Below the pieces are notes generated by a model, which was not told the origin of the DNA, ran no database searches, and saw only the letters and a list, made by a program, of their open reading frames with translations. From NCBI GenBank assembly GCA_965261735.1, contig OZ253470.1, positions 4,320,001 to 4,384,000 of the forward strand: a stretch of DNA of 64,000 nt, written 5' to 3'. The position numbers were made by a program, and so were the translations under genes. Positions 25,388 to 34,788 of this stretch are shown here, piece by piece. Each line of letters opens with the position of its first letter. The first letter of the stretch is position 1. The DNA is from Alphaproteobacteria bacterium (GTDB lineage Bacteria > Pseudomonadota > Alphaproteobacteria > SHVV01).

Positions 25388-26389
25388 CTATTTACGGGTT
25401 GCCTTCCCGAACGCCTCGGCGCCGTCGAGAAGCGACACCATCATAATGCGGCGCAGCCCGCAAGCCGCGCCGTCCAGCCGGCAGAGGACGAGGAAATACA
25501 TCTCGCCATCGTCGGGCAGCGATCCGATCAACAGCCGCTCGTCCTCGCCGGCGGAAAGAACCATGTCGAGAACGAGCCGCTTCGCAAACCCGGCCGGCAG
25601 CCCGGCGATTGCCTCCGCCGTCGCCGCGTCGGTGGCCGGCGCCGCCGCCATCACCGCCTTCGCGTCGCCCGCCGAAAGGGTCTCTGTGATATTGGCCAGC
25701 GTCGGGTGCAGCCAGGGCTCGGCTCCGGAATTCCAGCGCGCGCGTTGACGGGCATTCCACATCAGGCGCGGCCCTGTGGCCCGCGCATCGGCGGCATCGC
25801 CGGCGAAGGTCGTGGCGATCCGCGCGGCCTCTTCCGCCTTCGGGGGATGCGCGCGGTGAAAAGCCGCGAGGCGGGCCGCGGCGGTGGCGGCCAGAGCTTC
25901 GACCGGCCTCTCGTCCGCCTTCAGCCAGGACGGGCGCGACGACACTTTACCCGGCGGGCCGGTCAAGCGTTCGCCCGGAAGCGCGCGTATGACGGTCAGG
26001 CGCCAGCTGCCCTCCCGTTTCTCCCATACCGTCGAGACCGCGACGTCCAGCAGCGGGTTGTAATAGAGCGCCCTGGGGGCCGGCGAGCGGAGCCGGCCGA
26101 GCGCAACCATCGTGTTCTCGAAGAACGGCGGCCACAGCTCCGCAAGGGAGCCCTGCGCAAGGCCGCCCGGGATGTGCGAGAGCACCGGCGCGCCCCTGCC
26201 ATCGACGATCTCCGCGCGCAGCGTCAGCGCATGCGCGGCGAAACTTCGGGTTTTGGCATCGGCCCTGGCGGGCTCCGAGAGGGACATCGCGGACAGGAAT
26301 GCGGCGACAAGCCAGGCGAGCACGCAAATCGGATGAATCGTTCCACCATGCCGTGGTGCCGCTGTCTCTCCAAGCCCCAAGCCGATCAT
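25388..26389 (-). CDS. Putative exported hypothetical protein
   Basis: 3' part of the 729-aa ORF; hydrophobic stretch plus ARA signal cleavage motif; start uncertain. Confidence 0.65.
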   Translation of the reverse strand: MIGLGLGETAAPRHGGTIHPICVLAWLVAAFLSAMSLSEPARADAKTRSFAAHALTLRAEIVDGRGAPVLSHIPGGLAQGSLAELWPPFFENTMVALGRLRSPAPRALYYNPLLDVAVSTVWEKREGSWRLTVIRALPGERLTGPPGKVSSRPSWLKADERPVEALAATAAARLAAFHRAHPPKAEEAARIATTFAGDAADARATGPRLMWNARQRARWNSGAEPWLHPTLANITETLSAGDAKAVMAAAPATDAATAEAIAGLPAGFAKRLVLDMVLSAGEDERLLIGSLPDDGEMYFLVLCRLDGAACGLRRIMMVSLLDGAEAFGKATRK

Positions 26390-26436
26390 TGGCCAGTGAC
26401 TCCGACCGTAAATCGCGGCCGTAATGAGACAAGGAT

Positions 26437-27153
26437 TCATGGGCTGAGCGTCCGCGCAACACGGAAACCAATATTGCTGCTGCGGTTCCCGGCCGAGTTC
26501 CTTATGCGGGAAGCGGAGCGGAGGCGCTGCGGGCTGTTGTGCCAGGCACCGCCACGCAAAACGCGCATGCGACAATTGATCCTCGACCCACTCCCGAACA
26601 TTTCCGTGAACATCGTGCAATCCGAAAGCGTTCGGCGGAAACGAACCAATCGGAACCGTCTTACCTCGATCCAACCCCTTGCGGCCCGAGTTGTATGTGT
26701 AGTCCCCATCGTAGTTTGCCTGGTCCGTCGAGATCGTCGACCCGAAGTAGAACGCTTCCGTCGTTCCAGCCCGCGTCGCATATTCCCATTCCGCCTCCGA
26801 CAATAGCCGATAACGCTTCCCGGTCTTCCGCGACAGCCAGCGCACATAGGTCCGCGCCTCCCACCAGCTCACATCGATCACTGGAAGTCGCCCCCGACCC
26901 CAACCCTCGTCATGAGGGTGGTGTTCACGGCAGCCGCCTGCCGCCACGCAGGCGTCCCACTGAGCAAACGTGACCTCGTATTTACCGATCGCATACGGCT
27001 CTAGAATCGTCACTCGGTGCGCGGGGCCCTCATGATCTTCCCGGCCCAGTTGCGACAATCGCGAGCCCATCATGAACGAACCCGACGGAACCACAACCAT
27101 TTCCGGACACTCCTTGCAGTCACGGAATTCCTTTTTTTCAAGCAAGCGTAATT
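26437..27153 (-). pseudogene. Formylglycine-generating enzyme (FGE/SUMF1, C-type lectin fold) domain protein, truncated with an internal deletion
   Basis: FRDCKECPEMV, YRLLSEAEWEY, PNAFGLHDVHGNVREWVED, frameshift, RVLRGGAW...GFRVAR. Confidence 0.85.
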
Positions 27154-27154
27154 C

Positions 27155-27247
27155 CTTGCCTATCCGGTTTACACCCACACCCACTAGGGCTAGAATGGGC
27201 GCAAACCGGATATAGGGGAGCGCGCCATGGATGTTCTCGACCGCGCC
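27155..27247 (+). mobile_element. IS1595 left-end fragment
   Basis: CTTGCCTATCCGGTTTAC... matching 48912 onward. Confidence 0.85.
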
Positions 27248-27359
27248 AGGTCGGGAACCGCCACCCCCGCTCGGCTGCCCGCGCGCGGGTCCCTCCCATG
27301 GACTACGAGGACAAGCTACCACCGAGCCCGTGGTACATCTGTGGACGCCTCCGTTGATG

Positions 27360-27590
27360 CAAGCCTTTCTTCGGACGGTTCGGCACATGCGGTCAGGTGC
27401 AGTCATCTGTCCGGCCTCATGATGCGGCTGGTTTGACGCCGCGGGCCTGTATGGAGATGCGCGGACCGGGTCCAAGATCATTTTTGCGGGCTTGAAAGCT
27501 CCGTGTACCACGACTGGTTTTCCCGATCCCGTCTCGATTGACCGTTTGCCCTTACCTGTCCTCCGACCTGCCCACATCCCCGACGGCTCT
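27360..27590 (-). ncRNA. Predicted bridge/seekRNA of the IS1111 element (boundaries approximate)
   Basis: Contains segments matching both target flanks and both element ends (see findings). Confidence 0.8.
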
Positions 27591-27608
27591 CCGCCTTTCG
27601 CCGTCCTC

Positions 27609-28631
27609 TCAGGCGGCGGCGGGAGCCCGGTAGCTCTCCTTCTTCGTTGTCAGCGCCCAGATGATGCGTGCCATCCGGTTGGCCAGCGCCACCGCGACCA
27701 GCATTCTCGGCTTGCGGGCCAGCATCCTGGCCAGCCAGGGGTCGTTCGTCGCGCCACGCCGAGCCGCCCAGCTGACCACAGCCATGGCGCCCGTGATCAA
27801 CAGCCGCCGCAGATCGCGTTGGCCCATCTTCGATATCCTGCCAAGCCTTGGCTTGCCGCCGGTCGTGTGCTGTCGCGGCACGAGCCCGAGCCAGGCCGCG
27901 AAGTCGCGGCCGCGTCGGAAGCTCTCCATCGGCGGTGCGAAGGCCTGGATTGCCATTGCGGTGATCGGCCCAATGCCGGGGATCGTCATGAGCCGTGCCG
28001 CCTCTTCGTCCTGACACGCGCGGGCGCGGAGCTCCCTCCTCAATCCGTCGATCTTCGCATCGAGGTCCTCGATCCGATCGAGCAGAAGGGCGCCCAGCTC
28101 ACGGACCGATCCTGGCAGCCCTGAACCTGGACCCTGGAGGGCCGATGCCAGCCGATCGACATGAGCCGGTCCCTGCGGCGCGACAACGCCAAACTCCGCC
28201 AGGTGGCCCCGCAACGCGTTGATCGTCTGCGTGCGCTGGCGCACCAGAAGGTCGCGCGTGTGGAACAGCATTCCCCTGGCCTGCTGTTCTTTCGTCTTCA
28301 CCGCCACGAAGCGCATCGTCGGGCGCTGCGCCGCCTCGCAGATCGCCTCTGCATCCGCCATGTCGTTCTTATGCCGCTTCACGAACGGCTTGACGTAGAC
28401 CGGCGGGAGCAACCTCACCTCGTGGCCGAGCTCTCCGATCTCGCGGCCCCATTGGTGAGCGCCCGCGCAAGCCTCCATCGCGACCACGCAGCGCGGCTGA
28501 GAAGCGAGAAAGTCCAGCAATCTCTCCCGGCTCAGCTTCCTGCGGAACACGACAGAGCCGTCCGCCCCAGCACCATGAAGCTGAAAGCTGCGCTTCGCCA
28601 AATCAATCCCGACGATGGTAACCTGTTCCAC
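27609..28631 (-). CDS. IS110-family DEDD recombinase
   Basis: GIDLAK, AMEAC, KNDMADAEAI, IPGIGP, AAWLGLVPRQHTTGG; 340 aa. Confidence 0.95.
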   Translation of the reverse strand: MEQVTIVGIDLAKRSFQLHGAGADGSVVFRRKLSRERLLDFLASQPRCVVAMEACAGAHQWGREIGELGHEVRLLPPVYVKPFVKRHKNDMADAEAICEAAQRPTMRFVAVKTKEQQARGMLFHTRDLLVRQRTQTINALRGHLAEFGVVAPQGPAHVDRLASALQGPGSGLPGSVRELGALLLDRIEDLDAKIDGLRRELRARACQDEEAARLMTIPGIGPITAMAIQAFAPPMESFRRGRDFAAWLGLVPRQHTTGGKPRLGRISKMGQRDLRRLLITGAMAVVSWAARRGATNDPWLARMLARKPRMLVAVALANRMARIIWALTTKKESYRAPAAA

Positions 28632-29129
28632 GGATGCCTCCTCCTTCAGGGGGTCGAACTACAACACCACCTTGGCACATGCAGATGCCGTCGGGAGGAG
28701 GCGTCCACTCCATCATTTTTGCGCCGCCGCGCCGGTACATATTCCCGCCGCCGCAAACAGTTCATATTTTTAGAGAAAATCTGTAACTGATTGTAAAATA
28801 ATAATAATTACTAGATCAAGAAGGGCGTACACCGAGTTTTCTCGAATCCCGTCATCAAACAGAATGCAGATTTTTTCTATAATCTGACCGTCTTTGACTT
28901 CCTTCGGCGCCGCTTGGCAATTCCGGACCGAGCCCCGACCACAGACAGATGGAAGCGGAATTCGGGCAACAGGCGCGCGTTTCCCGCAACCGCGGCAGCG
29001 AAACGAACGCCTGGGCCAGCCCGCGCTGTCGGACGACGCGGCTGACGAGTTCCACCTTCATCCTCCGATCCGCAGCTGAGGTGCCCCTACATCGGGCGCT
29101 TCGAGCGTCCGCAACCCTGATCTCAGTTA

Positions 29130-29330
29130 TACCTTCGCTTCCCGGGCACTGGCTCTCGGAGAGAGTCTCACGATGATCGGCAAGCTCCTCGGACACACCC
29201 AAGTCCAGACGACCGCGCGCTACGCTCACCTCGCCCGCGATTCTATCCAGAATGCCGCCGCGCGGATCACGGGAAGCATCGGCAGTAACTTGATGACAGA
29301 GACGAACGCCGATCAGGCCGGTCGATAGTG
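29130..29330 (+). pseudogene. Tyrosine integrase C-terminal remnant
   Basis: FASRALALGESLTMIGKLLGHTQVQTTARYAHLARD. Confidence 0.8.
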
Positions 29331-29429
29331 CTTGAGACCGCCCAAGGCCGCGGAACCGCGCTTGCACTTGACATACCAGGTGCCAGCACCCTAGTTTCCG
29401 GTAACGTAACCGGAAACTAGGGTGCTGCT

Positions 29430-29714
29430 TTGGAACCTGCAAATCCTAAGACTCAAGAGGCGTCACGTGTCTCCCGACACCGCAAGAGGGTCGCAACCAG
29501 CGGCGCCCAGCGTGTCGAAGTCACGGTTCCCTCTCGGGACGCGCCCCTCGTCAAAGCGATCGCCGGCGCTCTCCGCTCGGGTGGGGAAGAAGCCGAAGTC
29601 ATTCGCCGGTCGCTGGAACCGGTACTGACCGCCCCAAGAGCACGCACAGGCGCCGAACTGGTCGCCTTCCTCCGTACCTCGCGTCTGACCGCTGCGCGGA
29701 CGCGGGCGATTTGA
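29430..29714 (+). CDS. Putative antitoxin-like small protein, 3' end disrupted
   Basis: RVSRHRKRVATSGAQRVEVTVP resembles RHH/MazE-like antitoxins. Confidence 0.45.
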   Translation: MEPANPKTQEASRVSRHRKRVATSGAQRVEVTVPSRDAPLVKAIAGALRSGGEEAEVIRRSLEPVLTAPRARTGAELVAFLRTSRLTAARTRAI

Positions 29715-30116
29715 ACCGCTGCATCTTTCGCTCTCGTCGTCGCACCGGCTGATGTGAATTTTCTGCCCGATTGTTCTTTCGCAGGCCTTGCTCATGCTGA
29801 GCCGAGAGGGCAAGCAAACGGATCGCGGTGCCGTAGGAGCGGAGTTTATCGGTTACAATCGTCGCCGGCGCGAAGCCCTGCTTCTTCAAGAGTTTCCGCA
29901 TCAGCCGAATTGCCGCCCGAGCGTTCCTGCGGGATTGAACCAGGAAATCCAGGACTTCGCCCTCACTGTCCACGGCACGCCAGAGATAGAACTGCCTCCC
30001 TCGAATTACGACGACCATCTCGTCCAGGTGCCAGCGTTCGGTCGGTCGTGGCCGCCGACGTTGAATCCGCCGCGCATAGGCCCGACCGAATTTCAAGACC
30101 CATCTTCGAACTGTCT
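29708..30116 (-). pseudogene. IS6-family transposase internal fragment (different allele)
   Basis: ETVRRWVLKFG, WHLDEM, YLWRAVD, NNRAENSH. Confidence 0.85.
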
Positions 30117-30395
30117 CGCTGATCGCCGAGGCGGGGCTGATCAAGGGCGAGCGCATCGGCGTCGATGCCTCGACCATGGAGGCCAACGCGGCGCTGAGGA
30201 ACATCGTGCGGCGCGACAATGGCGAAGGCTACCGGGAGATGCTGGAGCGCCTGGCCCCGTGCTCGGGCTTGTAGGCCAGATGCGTCGTGCCGTCCTTCAT
30301 CTTGGCGATCTTGGCCTCGGGGTCGCTCTTCGAAACCCAATCCGTGTTGGAAAGCTTCTTGCCCTTGCGCTTCCGCTCCAGACGCGCCAGGTCGC
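30117..30395. pseudogene. Two IS1182 fragments joined in opposite orientation
   Basis: 30117-30257 matches ~12619-12757; 30258-30395 is the reverse complement of ~12790-12926. Confidence 0.8.
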
Positions 30396-30517
30396 CGAGT
30401 CGTGCAAGAGCACTGGACTTGCCGGCGCAAAGGAGCGTCAGTGCGACCACGCCCGGCCACCCCGGGCTTGCCCCGGTAGCGGCGCCGATCTGCGCCGCAA
30501 TATCGGAGGAGAACACC

Positions 30518-30814
30518 ATGACCATCAAATCATCGAGGAAAAAGTCGGGATCGCGCGCCGCGAAGGCCACCAACCGCAAGAACTCAAAGACGACAGCTCC
30601 GAAGCAGCCGGGGATTACGAAGCTCGCACTTCTCGTCGCCCATCTCAGTGCCCCGGGCGGCGCGACCATCGCCGAACTCTGTAAGGTAACGGGCTGGCTG
30701 CCCCATTCGGTTCGAGGCGGGCTCGCCGGCGCACTGCGACGCAAGGGCCACGTCATCCGGTCCGAGAAAGAAGGGGGCCTGCGGTGCTACCGCATCGAGG
30801 AACCGGTGACATGA
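30518..30814 (+). CDS. DUF3489 domain protein
   Basis: GATIAELCKVTGWLPHSVRG motif; GGAGGAG RBS. Confidence 0.8.
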   Translation: MTIKSSRKKSGSRAAKATNRKNSKTTAPKQPGITKLALLVAHLSAPGGATIAELCKVTGWLPHSVRGGLAGALRRKGHVIRSEKEGGLRCYRIEEPVT

Positions 30815-31224
30815 TCGGCATGGCGCCGCTTGCGGACGAGATCGAGGCGCTCATGCCTCTTGGTCTCGAAGGGCTTCGAGAAGTCTGGCGCAACCGCTAC
30901 GGTGCGCCGCCGAAGCTGCGCTCGGCCGCGCTGTTGCGTCATTGCCTGGCCTGGCGGTTGCAGGCAGAGGCTCTTGGCGGTCTCGATCGTGACACACGGC
31001 GCCAGCTCAAGCGCCGCCAGCGGGTCCAGGCAGAAGGTCTTGAGCTCGGGATTGGGACCACGCTGCGGCGTGAATGGCGGGGGCGGATCGTCCAGGTCAC
31101 GGTCGAAGAAGAGGGGTTTCGCCATAAGGGCCAACTCTTCAAGAGCCTCTCCGCGACCGCGACCGCGATCGCCGGCACGCGCTGGAATGGCCCGCGTTTC
31201 TTCGGTCTCCGATCCGCTAAATGA
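30811..31224 (+). CDS. DUF2924 domain protein
   Basis: [45 protein letters not shown]. Confidence 0.9.
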   Translation: MIGMAPLADEIEALMPLGLEGLREVWRNRYGAPPKLRSAALLRHCLAWRLQAEALGGLDRDTRRQLKRRQRVQAEGLELGIGTTLRREWRGRIVQVTVEEEGFRHKGQLFKSLSATATAIAGTRWNGPRFFGLRSAK

Positions 31225-31612
31225 GCCAACCCCGTCTCCACTGCGCCCTCTATACGAGGAAGAGCAGCGAGGAAGGCCTTGAGCAGGCGTTCAACTCCCT
31301 CGATGCGCAGCGCGAAGCCTGCGCGGCGTATGTGAAGAGCCAGGCCGGCGAAGGTTGGAGAGCGGTCCCGACCCGCTACGACGATGGCGGCTTCTCCGGC
31401 GCATCCATGGAGCGCCCGGCGCTCAAGCGGCTTCTCTGCGACATCGAGGCCGGCAAGGTCGACGTCATCGTCGTCTACAAGATTGACCGCCTGACCCGGT
31501 CCTTGGCCGACTTCGCACGCATGATCGAGATCTTCGATCGCCGTCGGGTCAGCTTCGTCAGCGTCACCCAGGCCTTCAACACCACGACCAGCATGGGCCG
31601 CCTGACACTGAA
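31221..31612 (+). pseudogene. Large serine recombinase, catalytic domain only (truncated)
   Basis: [30 protein letters not shown]; breaks after SMGRLTLN. Confidence 0.9.
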
Positions 31613-32029
31613 CTGCCACGAACCGCATGGTGGGGCGCTGTGCCGCCTCGACGATCGCGGCCGCGTCGTTACTGTCATTCTTCTGCCGTTTCAGGAATGG
31701 CTTGACATAGATCGGCGGGATCAGCTTGCACGTGTGGCCAAGAGCGAGAATCTGTCGACCCCAGTAATGCGCGCCGCCGCAGGCCTCCATCACAACCAGG
31801 CACGGCGGCGCTTCGGAGAGGAATACAAGGAACTTTTCTCGCGAAAGCTTTTTGCCGAACACCGGCTTGCCTTCCGCCGTTGCCCCATGGAGTTGGAAAC
31901 TCCTCTTTGATATATCGATGCCAATGATGTTAATCCGGTCCACGGACGCCTCCTTCGTTGATCGAACGCACCCCACGTGCGTTCCTTCCTGGCGCTTATG
32001 ACGCCGTCAGATGGGGGCGTTCACCCCAT
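31613..32029 (-). mobile_element. IS110-family left end and recombinase N-terminus
   Basis: [31 protein letters not shown]; end motif ATGGGGTGAACGCCCC. Confidence 0.85.
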
Positions 32030-32943
32030 CGCTTCAGGAGATGAGCGATGCTCTCTTGCAACACCTTGTTGGCGGGCAGCCGGATGGCGTAGGGCATTCC
32101 TTCGGCTTCGAGGTAGTCGTAGATCTCCGGTGAGGCGAAGGCCGCATCGCCGCGGAAGTAGGGGCGGATGGCTCGTTCCTTGTAACGTTCGACCACCGGT
32201 ACCAGGCATCACGCCATCCGTGGGCGCTGTGCACGTTGCCGGGGCGCAGCGCGCAACGCTCCAGGTCGCCGAACTGGTTGAAAACGAACAGCGGGTGATA
32301 ACAGGTGCAGCCGAAGTGGCCGTTATAGGCCGTGCTCTCCTGCTCACCGAATGTCGGGCTGACGGAGCTGTCCATGTCGAGCACCACGCGCCTCGGCGGA
32401 TCGTGGTCGTGAACCCGGTCGATCCACATCCCCGACAGGTCCGCAAGGGCCGCGAGGTTCTCGTTGTTCGCCAGCAGCTCGGTCTCGAACCGCCCCATCT
32501 GGCTGGTCGATGCCCCGCCGCGCTCGACCGCCTTGCCGCCGACGATCCAGCGCATCGCGGGATCACGCCCGAGCCGGTCGGCGTCGTTGACATCCTCGTA
32601 GCCGGCGAGACGCCCATAGACGGACTGGCGAAGGAGGCTGACGATGCCGTGCCAGCTGTTCCTGCCCGTGCGGCTATCCGCGAGCACGCCGCCCGCCAGT
32701 GCGGTCAGCCCGAGTGCGTCGTCCAGTTCGCGATAAGCGAGCAACCCCGCATCGGAGGTCACCCGCGATCCGTGGAACTCCAGTTTCAGGCGGCGGTCGA
32801 AAAGGGGCCGGAGTGGCCCATGATCCGATTCACCCTCCGGGTTCCGCATCCGGGCCGCCCTCCGACACCCTCAAGCCAGTGATTCTTATAGCAGAATCGT
32901 GCCAATCCGGCATCAGGCGAAGCGGTCACTTGAGAAATGCGGC
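32030..32943 (-). mobile_element. IS1380-family element, 5' part, frameshifted
   Basis: FDRRLKLEFHGSRVTSDAGLL, LDMDSS, YFRGDAAFA. Confidence 0.88.
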
Positions 32944-32944
32944 G

Positions 32945-33080
32945 TTAGTCACCGGTTCGCTTGAGCAGCTGGTGCCCGGGGATCACGTCCTGGCCCGTGT
33001 GGACCGTGTTCTCGATCTGGGCTGGCTGCACGAGGAAGTAGCGGACTGCTATTGTCCGGGCAACGGTCGCCCGGGTATCG
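32945..33080 (+). pseudogene. IS1182/IS5-like transposase N-terminal remnant
   Basis: LEQLVPGDHVLARVDRVLDL...GRPGI. Confidence 0.6.
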
Positions 33081-33087
33081 GACTAGT

Positions 33088-34398
33088 CTACCTTTGAGTG
33101 AGCTTGAACTCGATGCGACGGTTTCGGCGATAAGCTATTTCGTCGCCGCGATCATCGATCGGTTGGAATTCACCAAAGCCGGTCGCAGCTAATCGGGTGG
33201 GCGCGATACCTAGGCCCACCAGGAACTCAACAACCGATACCGCGCGGGCGGTTGACAACTCCCAATTCGATGAAAAATGCTCGGTAACGATGGGAACTCG
33301 GTCAGTGTGGCCATCAACGCGCAGTATCCAATCGACATCTGCAGGAATAAGCGCCGCTAACTGCTTGATCACGAGGGCGAGTTGGGCGAGTTTTCGCGTT
33401 CCGGATTGGCCGATCCGCGCCGAGCCCGACGCAAATAGTATTTCGGACTGGAGCACGAAACGATCGCCTACCACGCGTACATCGCTTTGGTCACCGAGCA
33501 CGTCCTGAAGACGACCGAAGAACTCTGACCGATACTTTTCGAGTTCCCGCACCCTTCCGGCAAGTGCTGCGTTCAACCGCCGGCCAAGCTCATCGTTATT
33601 TTCTTTCTGGGCAGCCTCGCGAATCCGCGCCTGTGCAAGCGCGGCCTTGAATTCCTTAAGGTCGGCGCGGAGCGCCGCAACTTGATTGCTGAGGGTCACA
33701 ATCTCGGCTTGCCGCCGACCGATCTCGCTGGTGCCCAGGTCAATCGCAGCGTGTGCGGATTTTAGATCGGCATTGAGGGCGGAGCGTTCTCGACGGAGCG
33801 CGGACACGGTCTCGGTTAGGGTGTTGCCCTGCCGAGCGAGAGCGTCGCGGACAGCGCGTTCGCTCTCCATCTCAACCGTCAACGCCGCGAGTTGAAGCTG
33901 AAGGTCGTTCAATTGTTGTTTGGTCCGTTGCTCGGCGGATTTGAATTCGTTCTCAAGCGTCGTTCGAGCGCTGGTCATTTTATTGAGCTGTTGCTTGAGC
34001 GCACTGGCCTTGACCACGAGTGCCCCACTGACTCCCCGCTCACTTTTTAGTTCTTCAGTTACTGCAGCGAGTTGCTGCTGCATTTCACGTGTGGCGGCAA
34101 GGGAGGATTTTTCTAGTGCGCGGTGCGCATCGCTGATTTCGCCAAGTTGCCATTGGAGCATAGCGTTCTTTGCTCGTAGCGCTTCGTTTTGCGCTTCGAT
34201 CTCGGTAAGGCGGACGATGGCCCGCTGGACTTGGCTCATTAAATATTCCAGCTCCCCCCGCCTCGCGGTTGTGTTTTCGACAACGGCTCTAGCGCGTTCG
34301 ATTGGTTCTGAAGCCGTGGGTTCCCCGGCCGTGGGAGAGCCGATGGTGGCCAATAGAACTATGGCAAAGAATTTGAATGCATGCCGGGTTTGCATCAT
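33088..34398 (-). CDS. Coiled-coil protein with C-terminal OmpA/MotB peptidoglycan-binding domain
   Basis: YRSEFFGRL, VDGHTD, NWELSTARA, GFGEFQP, RNRRIE. Confidence 0.9.
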   Translation of the reverse strand: MMQTRHAFKFFAIVLLATIGSPTAGEPTASEPIERARAVVENTTARRGELEYLMSQVQRAIVRLTEIEAQNEALRAKNAMLQWQLGEISDAHRALEKSSLAATREMQQQLAAVTEELKSERGVSGALVVKASALKQQLNKMTSARTTLENEFKSAEQRTKQQLNDLQLQLAALTVEMESERAVRDALARQGNTLTETVSALRRERSALNADLKSAHAAIDLGTSEIGRRQAEIVTLSNQVAALRADLKEFKAALAQARIREAAQKENNDELGRRLNAALAGRVRELEKYRSEFFGRLQDVLGDQSDVRVVGDRFVLQSEILFASGSARIGQSGTRKLAQLALVIKQLAALIPADVDWILRVDGHTDRVPIVTEHFSSNWELSTARAVSVVEFLVGLGIAPTRLAATGFGEFQPIDDRGDEIAYRRNRRIEFKLTQR

Positions 34399-34519
34399 CT
34401 GGAATCCACCCCATTCTCTCCGGTTCCTCGAGGGGTCTTGAGATCCTCCCGCTCCTAATTTTCTTGGCTGGGATTTCCCATATAGAACCCTCCAGACCCT
34501 AAACATGTCCCAATTACCT

Positions 34520-34592
34520 TTGCACCGTATTCGCAGCCGTGCCGGGATCAGGGACGTGCAACTCCACGACCTGAGGCACACTTGTGCATCTC
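34520..34592 (+). pseudogene. Tyrosine integrase remnant
   Basis: RIRSRAGIRDVQLHDLRHT. Confidence 0.55.
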
Positions 34593-34788
34593 TACCTTAT
34601 AGCTTGGTTGCTTGAGTGACTGTATCTTACTGTATATATTATATTTATTTCTCCTTTCCGCAGCCTCCCAAAATCGCGGAAGTCCAATCCGTGTACAAGC
34701 GGTCAGCGGATTGGACTCAATGCAGGGGGTGACATGTCCACCCTGGGCTATCATTTTCGGGAATTCGCGACATCGGCGGATCGGCGGG

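Larger units (their letters stand above)
27336..28715 (-). mobile_element. IS110-family, IS1111-type element, complete
   Basis: Sub-terminal IRs GTGGACGCCTCC (27341-27352) and GGAGGCGTCCAC (28697-28708); CA core at both ends; long 3' non-coding region. Confidence 0.93.
27248..28759 (-). mobile_element. IS21-family terminal region interrupted by the IS1111 element
   Basis: Minus strand reads TGTTTGCGGCGGCGGGAATATGTACCGGCGCGGCGGCGCAAAAATG[IS]TACCACG, similar to the IS21 end at 15908-15983. Confidence 0.65.

Noticed and set aside
23919-25748. Long antisense ORFs (also 4934-6265, 56723-58468, 59731-61167)
   Set aside because: Shadow frames of GC-rich genes on the opposite strand, with no recognisable motifs.
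25388-27577. 729-aa ORF as a single protein
   Set aside because: It is a chance read-through across IS1111 non-coding DNA, IS ends, a frameshifted FGE gene and a downstream gene.
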